A stretch of DNA of 64,000 nt from assembly GCA_973895155.1 (NCBI GenBank), contig OZ316897.1, positions 16,441,938-16,505,937 on the forward strand, given 5' to 3'. The stretch is from Marsupella aquatica (lineage: Eukaryota > Plantae > Marchantiophyta). Both the position numbers and the translations under genes were made by a program. Below the pieces are notes generated by a model, which was not told the origin of the DNA, did not search any database, and saw only the letters and a program-made list of their open reading frames with translations. Position 1 is the stretch's first letter. Every line of letters starts with the position of its first letter. Below, piece by piece: positions 40,480 through 51,660 of this stretch.

Positions 40480-42031
40480 CTAGATTAAAATAGTCGGTGC
40501 CTGAGCTTCCCGGTGCAAAAACCTCCCTGGTTGTCGATAGTGTTCCAAGGCTCCATCCATGACTCTTACAAGCAATGCATTTCCAGCTTGTACCAAAGCA
40601 CGTCGAGAAACTCTGCCTGGATCCCGATGCTGATCAGGATGTCCATTCACGCTAGGATCTGGATAAAAGTCCTCATTAAAGTCACCATCTTGCTCCCTCT
40701 GTAGCGCTATATCCTCAGGTGTCCACGCATCATTCCTGTTAATCACATAGTTGTGCAATTTTGCACACAAACTGATCCACCGTACCATCCAAAGGTTGTC
40801 CTTTTTGGTGTTCAATTGAATTCGTACTTCCTTTAAGGAATGCCATCTATTCTTCAGAACACCAATACAGTGCTCATTGGTTACCCTGCATTTGGCCACA
40901 CACATATTGAAATCCTCTTTATCTGGTACCATGTCTGTCCTCTTGAATGCAGACACCATGTGTGGAAGGGCCTGATAACCCGAATCACCTAAAATGTACT
41001 GGTCTGCTTCAAATAGTGCATTTCTTCTCACATCAGTCAAAAAGGGTAACAATGGGGACTTCCGCACACAAGTTAGATCAGAGCATGATCCAGGCATTCC
41101 TGCAAAAGAGCAATAACATCCCAAAGTCAATAACAGAGCATACAAAGTTTTGCTGAATTCCTCAAAATAATTCAAATGGATTATTATTACCTGAGAACAA
41201 AAATATAATTTTCCTGCGATGGTCACAGACCACTTGCACATTGATGGAATACCGACTCTTACGATCATAGTAACACTCTCCATGCAGGGCAGGGCGTTGT
41301 GACAGAGGGCAAAGGGATCCATCAATGAGAGCGATGCAGCCTCGAAATCCCAATCTTTCGAATGCATCTAAACTCGCTTCCCGTTCCCTTCTGGTAGGCC
41401 ATTCGATGTAGTCTTTCAAAACGCTCTCCAAAGCTAGAAAGCAACGTTTAGAGTAGTTTACAATTGAACCACAACTCACACCCCAAGTGGGTATCATATG
41501 ATTTAAGCATGCACCATTCCCATCGTGACCAAGCAGGTCCAAGCATACCGCTAATTGTGCCTCTATAGGTGCTCGCTCACAATTGGACTGATTCTGGAAG
41601 ACTGGGTGTCCTTTAATGAGGGAAAGAAGGTGATAAAAAGAAGACTTGTCCATCCTAGTGAGCTGCCTAAACAAAGGATCGGCCAAGCAATGGAAGAATT
41701 GTTGTGCAAATTCTTTAGATTTAAGGTTGACATGACGATCAACAAAATAACGAGTATTGTACATCACAAAGTACAGCTCTAACAGGTCGGTTGGATTCTC
41801 ATCAGAGTCGGACCACTCTTCTCCTTTCTCATCATCAGATGAGCTATCCAGAGCCAAGTCGGACTCAATATCAGTACTGAAGTTGTCTCTATCAAAGTTT
41901 GAGAATCGTTCTAGGTCAAGGTCCACACATCCAGTATCTTCAGAACTGTCAGAACTCTATACAGCAATGGCCAATTCGAGGCGTTGCCTTACTTGTCTCA
42001 AGCCTCTCTGCCTTTCAGAAAATCGAGGCAT
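40480..42031 (-). pseudogene. Harbinger/PIF DDE transposase (DDE_Tnp_4 type), 2 exons, premature stop at codon 25
   Basis: ATG 42031; intron 41190-41100 (GT-AG, 91 bp). Motifs IALIDGS, YYDRKSRYSINVQVVCD, SGMPGSCSD, YILGDSGY, FNMCVAKCRVTNEHCIGVLKNRW. In-frame TAG at 41959-41957. Confidence 0.9.
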
Positions 42032-42214
42032 TTACGAGCGCAAGAGCTGTCATCCAGAGATGAAGAAAGTCAGTGCATATACAGATGAAGCTATGAACAC
42101 AATGCAACAATCGTCATGCATAGTCCTTCACAAGAATAAGTGCAAAACAAATGTATTTCTCATGTAATAACCAAGTACATTATTGTTGTCCAAAGCAAGT
42201 AGACTATTCTATCC

Positions 42215-42814
42215 CTATTCGAAGTCCTCTAAATCTGCATTCCTCAATTGCAGCACAAGGTCTGCGAGAATTTTCTTTGCACTCTGTTGTTTCCCGAGAG
42301 AGGACTTTGGTTTGATAGAGCTTTGAGTAGGTGTCCTTGGAATTCCAGCATCCACAAAAGTCAATCTTTTAATGTGCATCTCAAGACCTTTCACTTCAAG
42401 TGAGACTTGGAGTTTGGGCGATTGCTTGAGAATGTCATGGACTACTGTACATTGCTCATATTCAGGCAGAACGCTGAATTCAAGTGGAGTATATTTTAGA
42501 AGAATGCTAGCACAATTCCAAAGGAGAACCTTCACAGGCTGCACACCACCATGAATGGCATCAAACAGAACCAATTGGAATCGGAAGGCAGGCTCTCCAG
42601 GTAGGTGATGCCCACATTTTGAGCCAAATTCCAGGGACTTGTTACATCGCTGACCATCATCGTCTTTGTGGGGGCAAGAAGAGTAAAAAAATTTCCTCGG
42701 GTAGGGATTTCGGGCTGTGTAGTTCGCTGCCCAGACTAAAGACGGTGGGAAATGCATACTGATCCCTTCAGCCCTCTTCCCCTCCACGTCTGATAGAGAC
42801 ATCCACTGAGCCAT
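42215..42814 (-). CDS. RPA70 C-terminal (DBD-C)-like zinc-ribbon OB-fold protein, about 199 aa, transposon cargo
   Basis: FFYSSCP..CNKSL..KCGH..AFRFQLVLFD..VKVLLWNCASILLKYTPLEFSVL matches the Rep_fac-A_C pattern YxACPxxCNKKV..CxxC..YRYxLxxxIxD..WVTxF..AExLLGxxAxEL. ATG 42814 follows a CAG acceptor; candidate GTAAGT donor at 42928. Confidence 0.7.
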   Translation of the reverse strand: MAQWMSLSDVEGKRAEGISMHFPPSLVWAANYTARNPYPRKFFYSSCPHKDDDGQRCNKSLEFGSKCGHHLPGEPAFRFQLVLFDAIHGGVQPVKVLLWNCASILLKYTPLEFSVLPEYEQCTVVHDILKQSPKLQVSLEVKGLEMHIKRLTFVDAGIPRTPTQSSIKPKSSLGKQQSAKKILADLVLQLRNADLEDFE

Positions 42815-42953
42815 GGCCTCCTGGCAGACAAGCAAGCATTCAAGCATTTTCATATCCTGATTGCGATTGAACATTGGCGAAGAGAGCGAGTAGTAATGAC
42901 TGAGGCGACTTAAAAGGATAAGGACTTACAGGAAAAGCAAGAATGTTGAACGT

Positions 42954-43117
42954 CGATGGACACTCGCAAGCTACACAATCACATTCACAATGTCAAAGGA
43001 ATTTTGCACACGCAAAGCCGCAGCGTCATTCACATTCCTCGATGGACGCCCTGCAAGCTGCACAATCACATTCACAATGTCGAAGGAATTTCGCACACGC
43101 AAAGCCGCAGCGTCACA
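42954..43117 (+). repeat. Subterminal ~87-bp tandem duplication in the Harbinger
   Basis: CGATGGAC...CACAATCACATTCACAATGTC...GCAAAGCCGCAGCGTCA twice. Confidence 0.85.
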
Positions 43118-43350
43118 AGCAGCGTTGAACTACGAGGCCGAACAAAGTGTAACCTAAACCCGTCAAAATGTATCCTAAACGCCTCACGTAACCCGGCTGT
43201 AGTCAACTTCCGGTTGAGGTAACGGTAAGATGACCGGCCGGGTTATTGACGGTCACCAATTTCGGGCACCGACTATTTTGCGGTCAGAGTCCTCCCCGCG
43301 GATTCCCGGCAGCTGAAAAGTTCCGCGGGACACCTAGTTTGAGACGCCCT

Positions 43351-43960
43351 AATGGTGCACCCGTCCATGGAGATCTATGCTAACGGACTTCTGACCTCGG
43401 TTGGAAAAGTAGTATATGCAGCTACTAGGTCAAGTGCAAGCTAGAGGGGTACCAAAGGAGTCCCCAAGGACTAGCTCAAAAAGGAGAGGGGAAGGACTAG
43501 AAATATCATTAACATTTAGTTGAGCACACTCCCAAAAAGGTTGGGCACACTTCCAAATGACTGGGGGCACTGCCAACAATGTTGTGCACACTTCCAAAAA
43601 GATTGGGCACACTTTGAGAATTCCAAAACATGTGGACACACTTCCAAACATTTGGCATGCATGATCTAACCTTTCAATCTCACCAAAACAATCCTGACCA
43701 TTCCATGTAACATTTTGGTCTTTTTGTCCTCTAGTGATTGCTTTTACCAAGGACCTATGTCCTTTTGGTGGAGAAAATGGAGATCCTTTCAGTACCCCTC
43801 TAGCTTGCACTTGACCACTACCAACTCTCGTAGTAGATTTCCTCACATCCCAGGCTGTGTCCTTGTTGACCTGAATCAAGATGTCATTGAATATATCATG
43901 TTTAGTCTACTAGGGATAAGTGACTTTGAGATTGCAATAGAATACAGGTCTATGCCAGAC
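43351..43960 (+). mobile_element. LINE ORF1 relic, continuation (split by MITE 43428-43816)
   Basis: Rebuilt frame MVHPSMEIYANGLLTSVGKVVYAATTNSRSRFPHIPGCVLVDLNQ...IAIEYRSMPD, the usual lead-in to the ORF1 zinc knuckle. Confidence 0.8.
43428..43816. mobile_element. 389-bp MITE, perfect 25-bp TIRs, 4-bp TSD ACTA
   Basis: GGTCAAGTGCAAGCTAGAGGGGTAC (43428-43452) and its reverse complement (43792-43816); ACTA at 43424-43427 and 43817-43820. Confidence 0.93.
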
Positions 43961-44290
43961 CCTGGGCCCTCAGCTTAACCAATAAGGGACCACCCGTGCA
44001 AACGACTCAAGGGGTTTTTTAATCCCATTTGCAACTAATTGTTATAATTCGTTACAACCTAAGAAGGGCCTGGTTCTTATTGTGCACGGTTATAATGAAT
44101 GTACAGGTTTTTCAAAGGGAGACCATAGTACTATGCTGCAAGGGTAAGTAATATTTGCACGCCCACGTCATTACCTGATTGGTCCACGTGTCTCACCATG
44201 ACTTGTTCAGGGTACAAACATATGCTTTAATCTGTGCCTCTAGTAAGGGAATTTTACGGAAATTTTTGGACGGCTGGGATTTGGTTTAAG
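43961..44290 (+). mobile_element. Second copy (left end) of the CCTGGGCCCT-ended element
   Basis: Homologous to 3792-4060 and 4360-4420; truncates the LINE ORF1 frame. Confidence 0.7.
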
Positions 44291-44605
44291 TTCCATCGGA
44301 TGGTGTACCGTAAAGGAGACAATTTGAAGTGTATCCCTAATTATGGCCTCCCCAAACGCGCCCACTTACCCCCTTTCCCTTCTTCAACTCGATACCAGGC
44401 GGGATACTAGGGCAAAAGACTTTGAGTGAACTGGCTCCTTTGAGGTTTTGATGCTCCTCTGTATGTGATCCTCAATGGATTGACTTGGACTGTGTTATAT
44501 CAAGAGTCACCCTTGAAGTCAATCCCTCGCACCCAAAGGTCTTCAAATTGCGTCATGCAATTGCATTGGATAACTTTGTAAAGAGCAAGATTGAATGATT
44601 GGGTA

Positions 44606-44910
44606 TGTTGGGGACGGGGTTGGGGATAATCCTTACCCCGAGACACCATGCACATGTGAACACCATACAAAGTAGTCGACACAACGAGTACGTGGTTCAC
44701 CTCATGATCGAGGCTACGTCCATGGGAAAGCAAGAGACCTTTACTTCTCTCTTGCCCAACTCAAACAATGAACTGAAGATCCACTAGAGACTGGCACCAA
44801 CCCTAGCTATATACACAACAACACTACCACTAACCTTAGCTAAGTCCTAACCTGAGTTAGACTAACTGCGGTTAGCTATAGAGTCACAAGACTAAGAGTA
44901 ATACCTAACA
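44606..44910 (-). mobile_element. Solo LTR (Copia-like)
   Basis: TGTTG...TAACA; flanks GGGTA/AGGTA; core TAGTCGACACAA...TACGTGGTTCACCTC...GAGGCTACGTCCA shared with 25731-26133. Confidence 0.75.
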
Positions 44911-45879
44911 AGGTAAGCATAATGTCATATTTGGTAAGTAATGTCTTAAATTGGCTTCTTAACTTTAACTTAATATAGAGAAAGTTTGAATGTTGAGGTC
45001 CAGTACTTGGTTCCACCGGCATTGGTCATGTCAACAGACAAAAATTTTGGGCTAACCGGTACTCCGCTAGGGACAAGGTTTGTCCCAACACCTTAGTAGC
45101 CTGTGTATTGATGTCAAAGTTCTCAAAGAACTCTCGCATTTTCCTTGCCCTGAAGGCGGTAGGCCACCAAGATAAATGAGCAAATTTGTCTAGTTGATGC
45201 TCCTTGACGTAGTTAGCATGGAATGGGGACATGATTGCTTGAATAGTGCCTCGGGAATGCGGATTATTTGTAAGGGTTGCTCCGAGGGGGTGGACCCGTC
45301 TCTTCTTACATGGGGGATTGGCCGGGGTGCTAGCTGAGGGGTTGGCCGGGGCAAAACTGGTGTGGGTAGGGGTAGTTAATTAGGGCAAGGGGTTCAGGTC
45401 CCTGCGTCGTCCTAGTTCTCTTTTGCGGCCACTGCATCAGGTGCGAACTACCGTCATCAGCTGATCCTGAAGAACATTTGGCATTGTGCTCAGGGGTTTC
45501 ACTTCCACAAAAATAGCATATCACGTGCGACGCAAGATATGGTCAATTTATTAGTTCAAAGAGAAGACTTAAGAATTTTCTCAGAACAACAATAGGGTCT
45601 TTTAAATACAATTTTGAGACTTATAAGAACATTAGAGTCTTTTTAACCAAATTTTTGTAATATTCCAACTTTATTCCAACTTAATAGGGGTTGAGAAATA
45701 GAGAAATATATATTTTGTCTTACATTTTAGGGGATCCAAGGCCTCAAAACATCATAGGTGATGGGGAGGCATCCATATAGTGAGACCCCCGAGCATTGTC
45801 TACAATGCGCACTTGGGCTTGACTAGGTGGGGTCCTCTTGGTCGGGGCAATCATAGGCCCTTGTAATCCACACTGTATT

Positions 45880-46500
45880 TAAGGTCCATGTCAATGGGGG
45901 TTTCACAAAGGAGATTCAGCTCGAGAGAGGAGTTCGATAGGGCTATCCTGCAGCTTCGCTACTTTTTGCCCTTGCAACTCGACCTGTCATGTGCTTGCTT
46001 GAAGCAAAACTTGAATCTGGAGAACTTCAAGGTATCAACACTGGCATAGAGAAGAAGCTGCTACATGATACATTGACGGCTCTCTCTCAAAGCAACAGTA
46101 CAGGAATTTGTCACCGCATGTAGTGTCATGAATAAGTATGAATGAATCTCCGGAGTTCTTCTTAACATTGACAAGTCAGTCCTCATTCAGCTTGATCACT
46201 CTGAACAACCTGACTGGATGGAAGGGGACGGGTTGCCGGCCAGAGGAGAAGTTGTCACCTACCTGAGCTGTCCTATTGGCAATGGAATTAAGCCTACTCA
46301 GGAGACTGAATTCCTTCTTGGTAAGGTTTGCAAAGGACTTCGACATTGGACCAACAGGACGCTACCACAAGCTGGCAGGTTAGTCCTTCTCAAGCATGTT
46401 TGAGGGCTATCCCCGTGTACCACCTGATGCTACTCAATATCCAGAAGACCAGATAAAAACAATTAGAGAAGGTTTGCAGGACCTTCTTGTGGGGGAAGAG
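45880..46500 (+). mobile_element. LINE (L1) reverse transcriptase relic
   Basis: VHVNGGFTKEIQLERGVR*GYP..LLF, ISGVLLNIDKS, TYLSCPIG...LRHWTNRTLPQAGRLVLLKHV; same strand as the ORF1 relic. Confidence 0.85.
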
Positions 46501-46634
46501 TTCATCATCCAGCAGAGTAAGTAAGAAAACTGCCAATATAATATAAAATTTTCAATCATGTCACCGTTCACTTCCTCGAGTACAATAAAGTTTCCAACCC
46601 CTAGATAAACGAACAATAGCATTATCTTAAGCAT

Positions 46635-49223
46635 GTAATTTCATGCATTTACAGCATGGCCTCTTAGCAAAATCTTACAATAATCATCTGGTCAGCTGAC
46701 ATACTCATAAGGACCCTTAGGAAACCCTTATACACATTCCTCAAACACATATTACTCTAAATTGAGGAATAGACATTCAAACTCTAGCCTTGTCGAGTTC
46801 TAGGTCCAGAGCTCATATTCATCTTTGACAACTTTTCTCCACTTTCTGCATCCGGACTCGTGCAGAACAGTAAGGCAGACCAGTCAGTTCTTCGACATCC
46901 TCGTAAATTGTCTGCAATTTCACTAGAGCAGACTTGGACAGAAATTGTGGGTTTCGTAAGAGACGTATTGCTCCTGCTTAAATGGGTTCTGCGGATTCTG
47001 ATGGCGTAGAAGGAGGCACTTCTTCGACATCTTCGTCAATTGTTTTCAACTTCACTACAGCAGACTTGGACCGCTTTCAACAAAGTTCGGCGGATTCCGG
47101 CGGCGAAGAGAACGGGACTTCGATGACAGTTTCGTAAATTGTCTCCAACTTCACTGCAGTAGACTTGGACCCCCGTTGGTAGAAATTAAGCGGATTACTG
47201 GGTCTCCGTTCTCCTGCTGAAATGGGTGGATACCCCTTCTGCACAGGTATCGAATCTGGACCATCGTTGGTACACCTTGAGTTCATGGTACTCCCTCAGT
47301 GGACTACCTGATTCCACCCCTCCTACTCGATTTGATGAAGATCCTGAAGCTTCTCCTACTGACTACATTAAAGCTCCTGCTGAAACAGGTTTCGACTTCT
47401 CTGCTTCCACAGTTGGAGCGAGTGTAGATAGACAACACTCTGCAAACTCACGAAGTACCAGAAGTTTCAGTTGTCTGAATCTCGCACCACGCATTAAAAC
47501 GATACTTGTAGGACGCAATTCCCAGCCAGCCTTGAAGCTGAATTTTTCACAAACTCTGTGATGGCTTTAATGAAAGGAGCGAATGGTTTATTATTGAGCC
47601 ATCACCCGAAGCTTTATTATTGGAAATTGAGATTGCACTTAATGACCCACTGAAAAAACTGTCAATGAAATTGTGGTTCCACTAGCGTAATTGATGCCCT
47701 CATTAGTTCATATCGTTCTCAACCTTTGATGGCAATCTGACCTGCAAACTAAGGTGTATGATCTAAGTCCTGGCCCCATCATACGCAATAACCACAGGCT
47801 CCATTGCAACGAATCTTCAGCAGACTGACTGAATGGAAAAGACCACAATACAAGCGTGCTAATATATAATCCTTCGCAATAAGAAAAGTAGGACAATGGA
47901 AGACAACAAAGAACCCTAAACTGAGAGCCAGGTGCTTACAGTACGAAAATGTCCACGACCGTGAGAATTGCATCATGGAAAGTTTGGCGCTTAACGAAGC
48001 AGGTGCACAGTTGACGGTCAATTACTTTGACATCAAGGAAGACTATTTGATTACGTAGCGCAAAATTAAAATGCTGTACATTTGTCGGGCGCAACAGAAC
48101 AAGGTATTCTGATCCTGACGAACAATGAACGAAACTTTCTGACAAAACTGTTGGTGCTAAAGCATAACCAAACGATGTATGCTAACTGCAAATAGCTGGT
48201 ATCGGCTTGAGTGCTACTGGGAGCCTACTGACTTATATAATCTTTACAATAAACCGATGCCGAGCAGTCTAGACACTAGTGAACTTTGTCACTGCTTTGG
48301 TTCCCTCCGAGACTGCGTGCTTTGCAAGTTCACCAGGCAACAGGAGTTTCACAGCCGTCTGGATCTCGCGCGATGCGATAGTTGGCTTCTTGCTGTATCG
48401 AGCCAAGCGTCCGGCCTCCCCTGCGATCTTCTCGAAAGTGTCGACGAGGAATGAGTTCATGATGCTCATCGCCTTCGCCGAAACACCGAACTCAGGATGC
48501 ACCTGCTTCAGCACCTTGTAAATGTACATCTTGTAAGACTCTTGGCTCTTCTTCACTCTGTGCTTCTTCTTCGATCCCGCTGCATCTGCTCCACCGACCT
48601 CCTTCAATGCGGGATGCCTCGTCGCAGCCTTCGGCCTGCCTCGACCTTTCTTCGCTCCCGCAGCGCCTTCAGTCGCTGCGACTGCTACATCCTTGGGTGC
48701 CATCTCCTCGGAGCAAGTAACAATTCCTCTTCTGAATCTCCGCGCAATTCGCCCAAAATTTCTACGAAGTTACACCCACAACGAATTGAGCTCAATTCGC
48801 CACGAACAATCAACGACGAGATACAGGCTCTCAACGACGAGTCTTGATCGAGCTAAGCGCTAAGAAGATAGATGAACTGTGAAATCGCAAGGAGCTCGAG
48901 AATCCTGAAACGCAATTCCAACGCGAGAGCGGAGAATGATTCCACAGGAGAGTATCGTTCGTCTTAAATACAGAGGACGACGAATTCAAAGTTTGAATTC
49001 AAACAGAAGGTGGCGCGAATGGAAGTCTCGAGTCGGGTCCTGATGAGCTCTTGGCTGCCCGGTCAGTTTGTGTTTCTTCATCTCTTCGGCGTGTCGAGCA
49101 GACATTGGATCGGATCCTCAGGCAGGGATCGAGGTTAGAGCAAGCTTGTCGTTATGGTCACGATCAGGGTCGCCAGGACAGTTAGTGTTCTTCGTTTCTT
49201 GACGTGTCGAGCAGACATTGGCT
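46635..49223 (-). repeat. Segmental duplication unit B (H2B copy 3 with flanks)
   Basis: Matches 30180-33361; 46635-46770 also resembles 17346-17390 and 17580-17760; 47920-48110 matches 19259-19480. Confidence 0.9.
48269..48703 (-). CDS. H2B: Histone H2B variant, copy 3 (144 aa)
   Basis: Intact fold ...[25 protein letters not shown]; N-tail contains KKGRGRPK. Confidence 0.95.
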   Translation of the reverse strand: MAPKDVAVAATEGAAGAKKGRGRPKAATRHPALKEVGGADAAGSKKKHRVKKSQESYKMYIYKVLKQVHPEFGVSAKAMSIMNSFLVDTFEKIAGEAGRLARYSKKPTIASREIQTAVKLLLPGELAKHAVSEGTKAVTKFTSV

Positions 49224-50586
49224 TAGATGGAGGTTAACGGGATCGAGGTTAACCGGAACTTGACTTCACCTCGTCGTCACCGAGTCAGTAATCAGTGACG
49301 GAGGGTACTGTAGTCATTCCAACAAGTTTTCATCATAGTCTCTGGTCAGTTTGTGTTTCTTCACACCTTTGGAGTAGCCTATTTTTTAACGCTTATATTT
49401 TTTTGCCAGTGTGGGGCATGTTGGCATTTCCGAAGGAGAAAATGGTAGGAATCTTTGTTGTCTGTTTTTTCTGAATTGTTTATTGACTGTTACATATTTC
49501 TAGATTTAGGGATAAATGTCAGGTTCTGGCAACTGGGCTCTGTTGCTAAGTGAAAAATTGGCTAAGGGCTAGGTTCCATGGGGCTGGGAGTAAGGAGTAC
49601 GGATGCTGTCAGAATTTTTAAGACAATAAGATTGCAGCTTTTCCAGGGACTGAGGGGTATACAAATACTATATCAAGGAGTATGATTTTCCCTCACACTC
49701 CCTCTTAAACTTCAGGGGTACCCCCTGCCCCTGTATAAGAACAGTACAGGGCATTCTCATTGGCTCCTGAGTCAAAATTCATACTTTTAAAATACTGTAT
49801 ACACCTTGGCATACGATGTATTTGAGCCCTAGTTAATGTCAGAGGGAGTGACCGTACTCCCTAACCCTGGCCCATGGAACCTGGCCCTAATGGGATAGAT
49901 AATCTAGCAGACCCCCCAAAAGTGGCCAAAACTTTTGGGGGAAGTGGAATCTGGCAAAATATTGCATCTAAAAACAACATCCCTTTGAGGCCTTTTTTCT
50001 TTGTAACTTTGTCCATTCGCCATAATCCCCTGGCCAGCCTGTTACAAGACTTGGGTGAAAATAGTACATAAATGCATTCTCTGTGTATCCCAATACTTAT
50101 TTACTGTCGAGATGAGGCATCTTGACAAAGAACTGCAGGTGAAGGAAGAAAGTGCCTTGTGCGAGTGGGGGGAGGGGGGGTACACTAGATGGGCATGGCC
50201 GCCACACCATCATGGGGTCCAAACGTGGTTGCATGGTGCTGTAAGCAGGGGTTTACTTTATTTCCCATTTCCCCCCTTTTTCTCTCCTCTCCTCTCCTTT
50301 CCTATTCCCCTCCCCCCCAATACCCATGTGGGTCCTCACTTCTTTTCTTCCAATCCAGCATGCATATAAGTTAGGGGTTTTGATTTATCAATCTAGTACA
50401 ATCATTTTACGCTTACGGTACTACTGGCTTGAGCACACACAAGCTAAATTACAACTTGATGGATCATATCTTTATAAACCTTGACGGGTCATCATCTGTT
50501 CAGACCAATCTTGCAACTGTCCTTGGTCCTCTTCCTTTATCTAGGCGTACTACACAATTTCATCCTTCATGCTGGCCATAAGCATC

Positions 50587-51660
50587 ACACCAGGTTAAAT
50601 CAACACCGCATTAAGGCTTCCCAGACTTCTTGGGGCCCGTACCCTGCCCGTCACAAATCCCAATTGAAAGCTGCTGCCTGCAAACCCGCTTGACTGTCAA
50701 TCACCGTTCTGGCGGACTCTAAATGTATTAGCCCCCGATCCGTCGACAGAAAAGTTCCATTCTTTTTGAATTTGATGTGCTTTAGGACGTGGGACATGCC
50801 TAGCTTTGAACGCCCACGTCCCCTTCTATGTTCGTCCCTTGTCGTAATTCTCAGTTTTTGTCATTGTGGTTTGTGGTTTGCATTCATGTGACTATTCTGG
50901 CAGGCCTGCGTTTACGCGACTATAAGGGTTGTCGCGTTTATGTGACTATTCTGGCAGCCCTGCAATGACCCAGTTATAAGGGTTGTCGCAGTTGTGCACC
51001 TATGTTTGTTGCTTGCATTCGTGAGACTATTTTGGCAGCCCCGTGTTTGCGCAGTTGTAAGGGTTGTCGCATTAGTGACTGTTCTGGCAACCTTACGTTT
51101 ACGCAACTATAAGGGTTGTCATAGGGATAGAACATAAATTGGAACAAACAAAAAATATAGAACTTACCATATTGGTAATTTGAGACGAAGCTGCTTGTTC
51201 CCTTGCTTTTGTTGTCCTCAAAGCCATAGTCCTCCTTCCTCTCTTCCCGCCGTGGTAAATGTCCACACTTATAGCTGTGCAAACTCAGGGCTGCTAGAAT
51301 AGTCACACAAATCTGACAATTCTTACAGCTGCGCAAATGCAGGGCTGCCAGAACAGTCACACAAATGCAAACAACAAACCACAATAACAAAAATTGAGAA
51401 TTAAAACAAGGGACGAAAATAGAGGGAGACATGGGCGTTCAAGGCTAGGCATGTCCTGCGGCCTAAGGGGCTTCAAACTTGAAAAGAACCAAACTTTTCC
51501 GTTGGTTGATGGATCGGGGACTAATACATTTAGAGTCCGCCAGAACAATGATTGACGGTCAAACCGGTTTGCGGGCAGCAGCTTTGGGATTTGTGACGGG
51601 CAGGGTACGGGCCCCAAGAAGGCTGGGGAGCCTTAATGCGGTGTTGATTTAACCTGGTGT
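50587..51660. mobile_element. Mutator-like (MULE) non-autonomous element, 1,074 bp, TIRs over 300 bp
   Basis: ACACCAGGTTAAATCAACACCGCATTAAGGCT... inverted at both ends; 9-bp TSD ATAAGCATC / AGAAGCATC (8 of 9 match); internal GTGACTATTCTGGCAG repeats. Confidence 0.88.

Larger units (their letters stand above)
34783..43350. mobile_element. PIF/Harbinger-class DNA transposon, 8,568 bp, three genes
   Basis: Perfect 18-bp TIR AGGGCGTCTCAAACTAGG (34783-34800 / 43333-43350), continuing imperfectly (GGAACTTT); TSD AAT at 34780-34782 and 43351-43353; contains DDE nuclease and Myb/SANT-like ORFs. Confidence 0.93.

Noticed and set aside
40480-41367. 295-aa ORF as a stand-alone protein
   Set aside because: Only the part from 41099 down is exon 2 of the transposase; the rest is intron and off-frame exon 1.
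34784-43349. Alternative Harbinger boundary GGGC...GCCC with a canonical TAA TSD
   Set aside because: Flanks would be ATA and TAA, which differ; AAT/AAT is the matching duplication and restores the LINE frame.
47911-47921. Second telomeric filler (AACCCTAAAC) at a unit B junction
   Set aside because: Aligns with GAATCTTAAA in unit A, so it is explained by substitutions.
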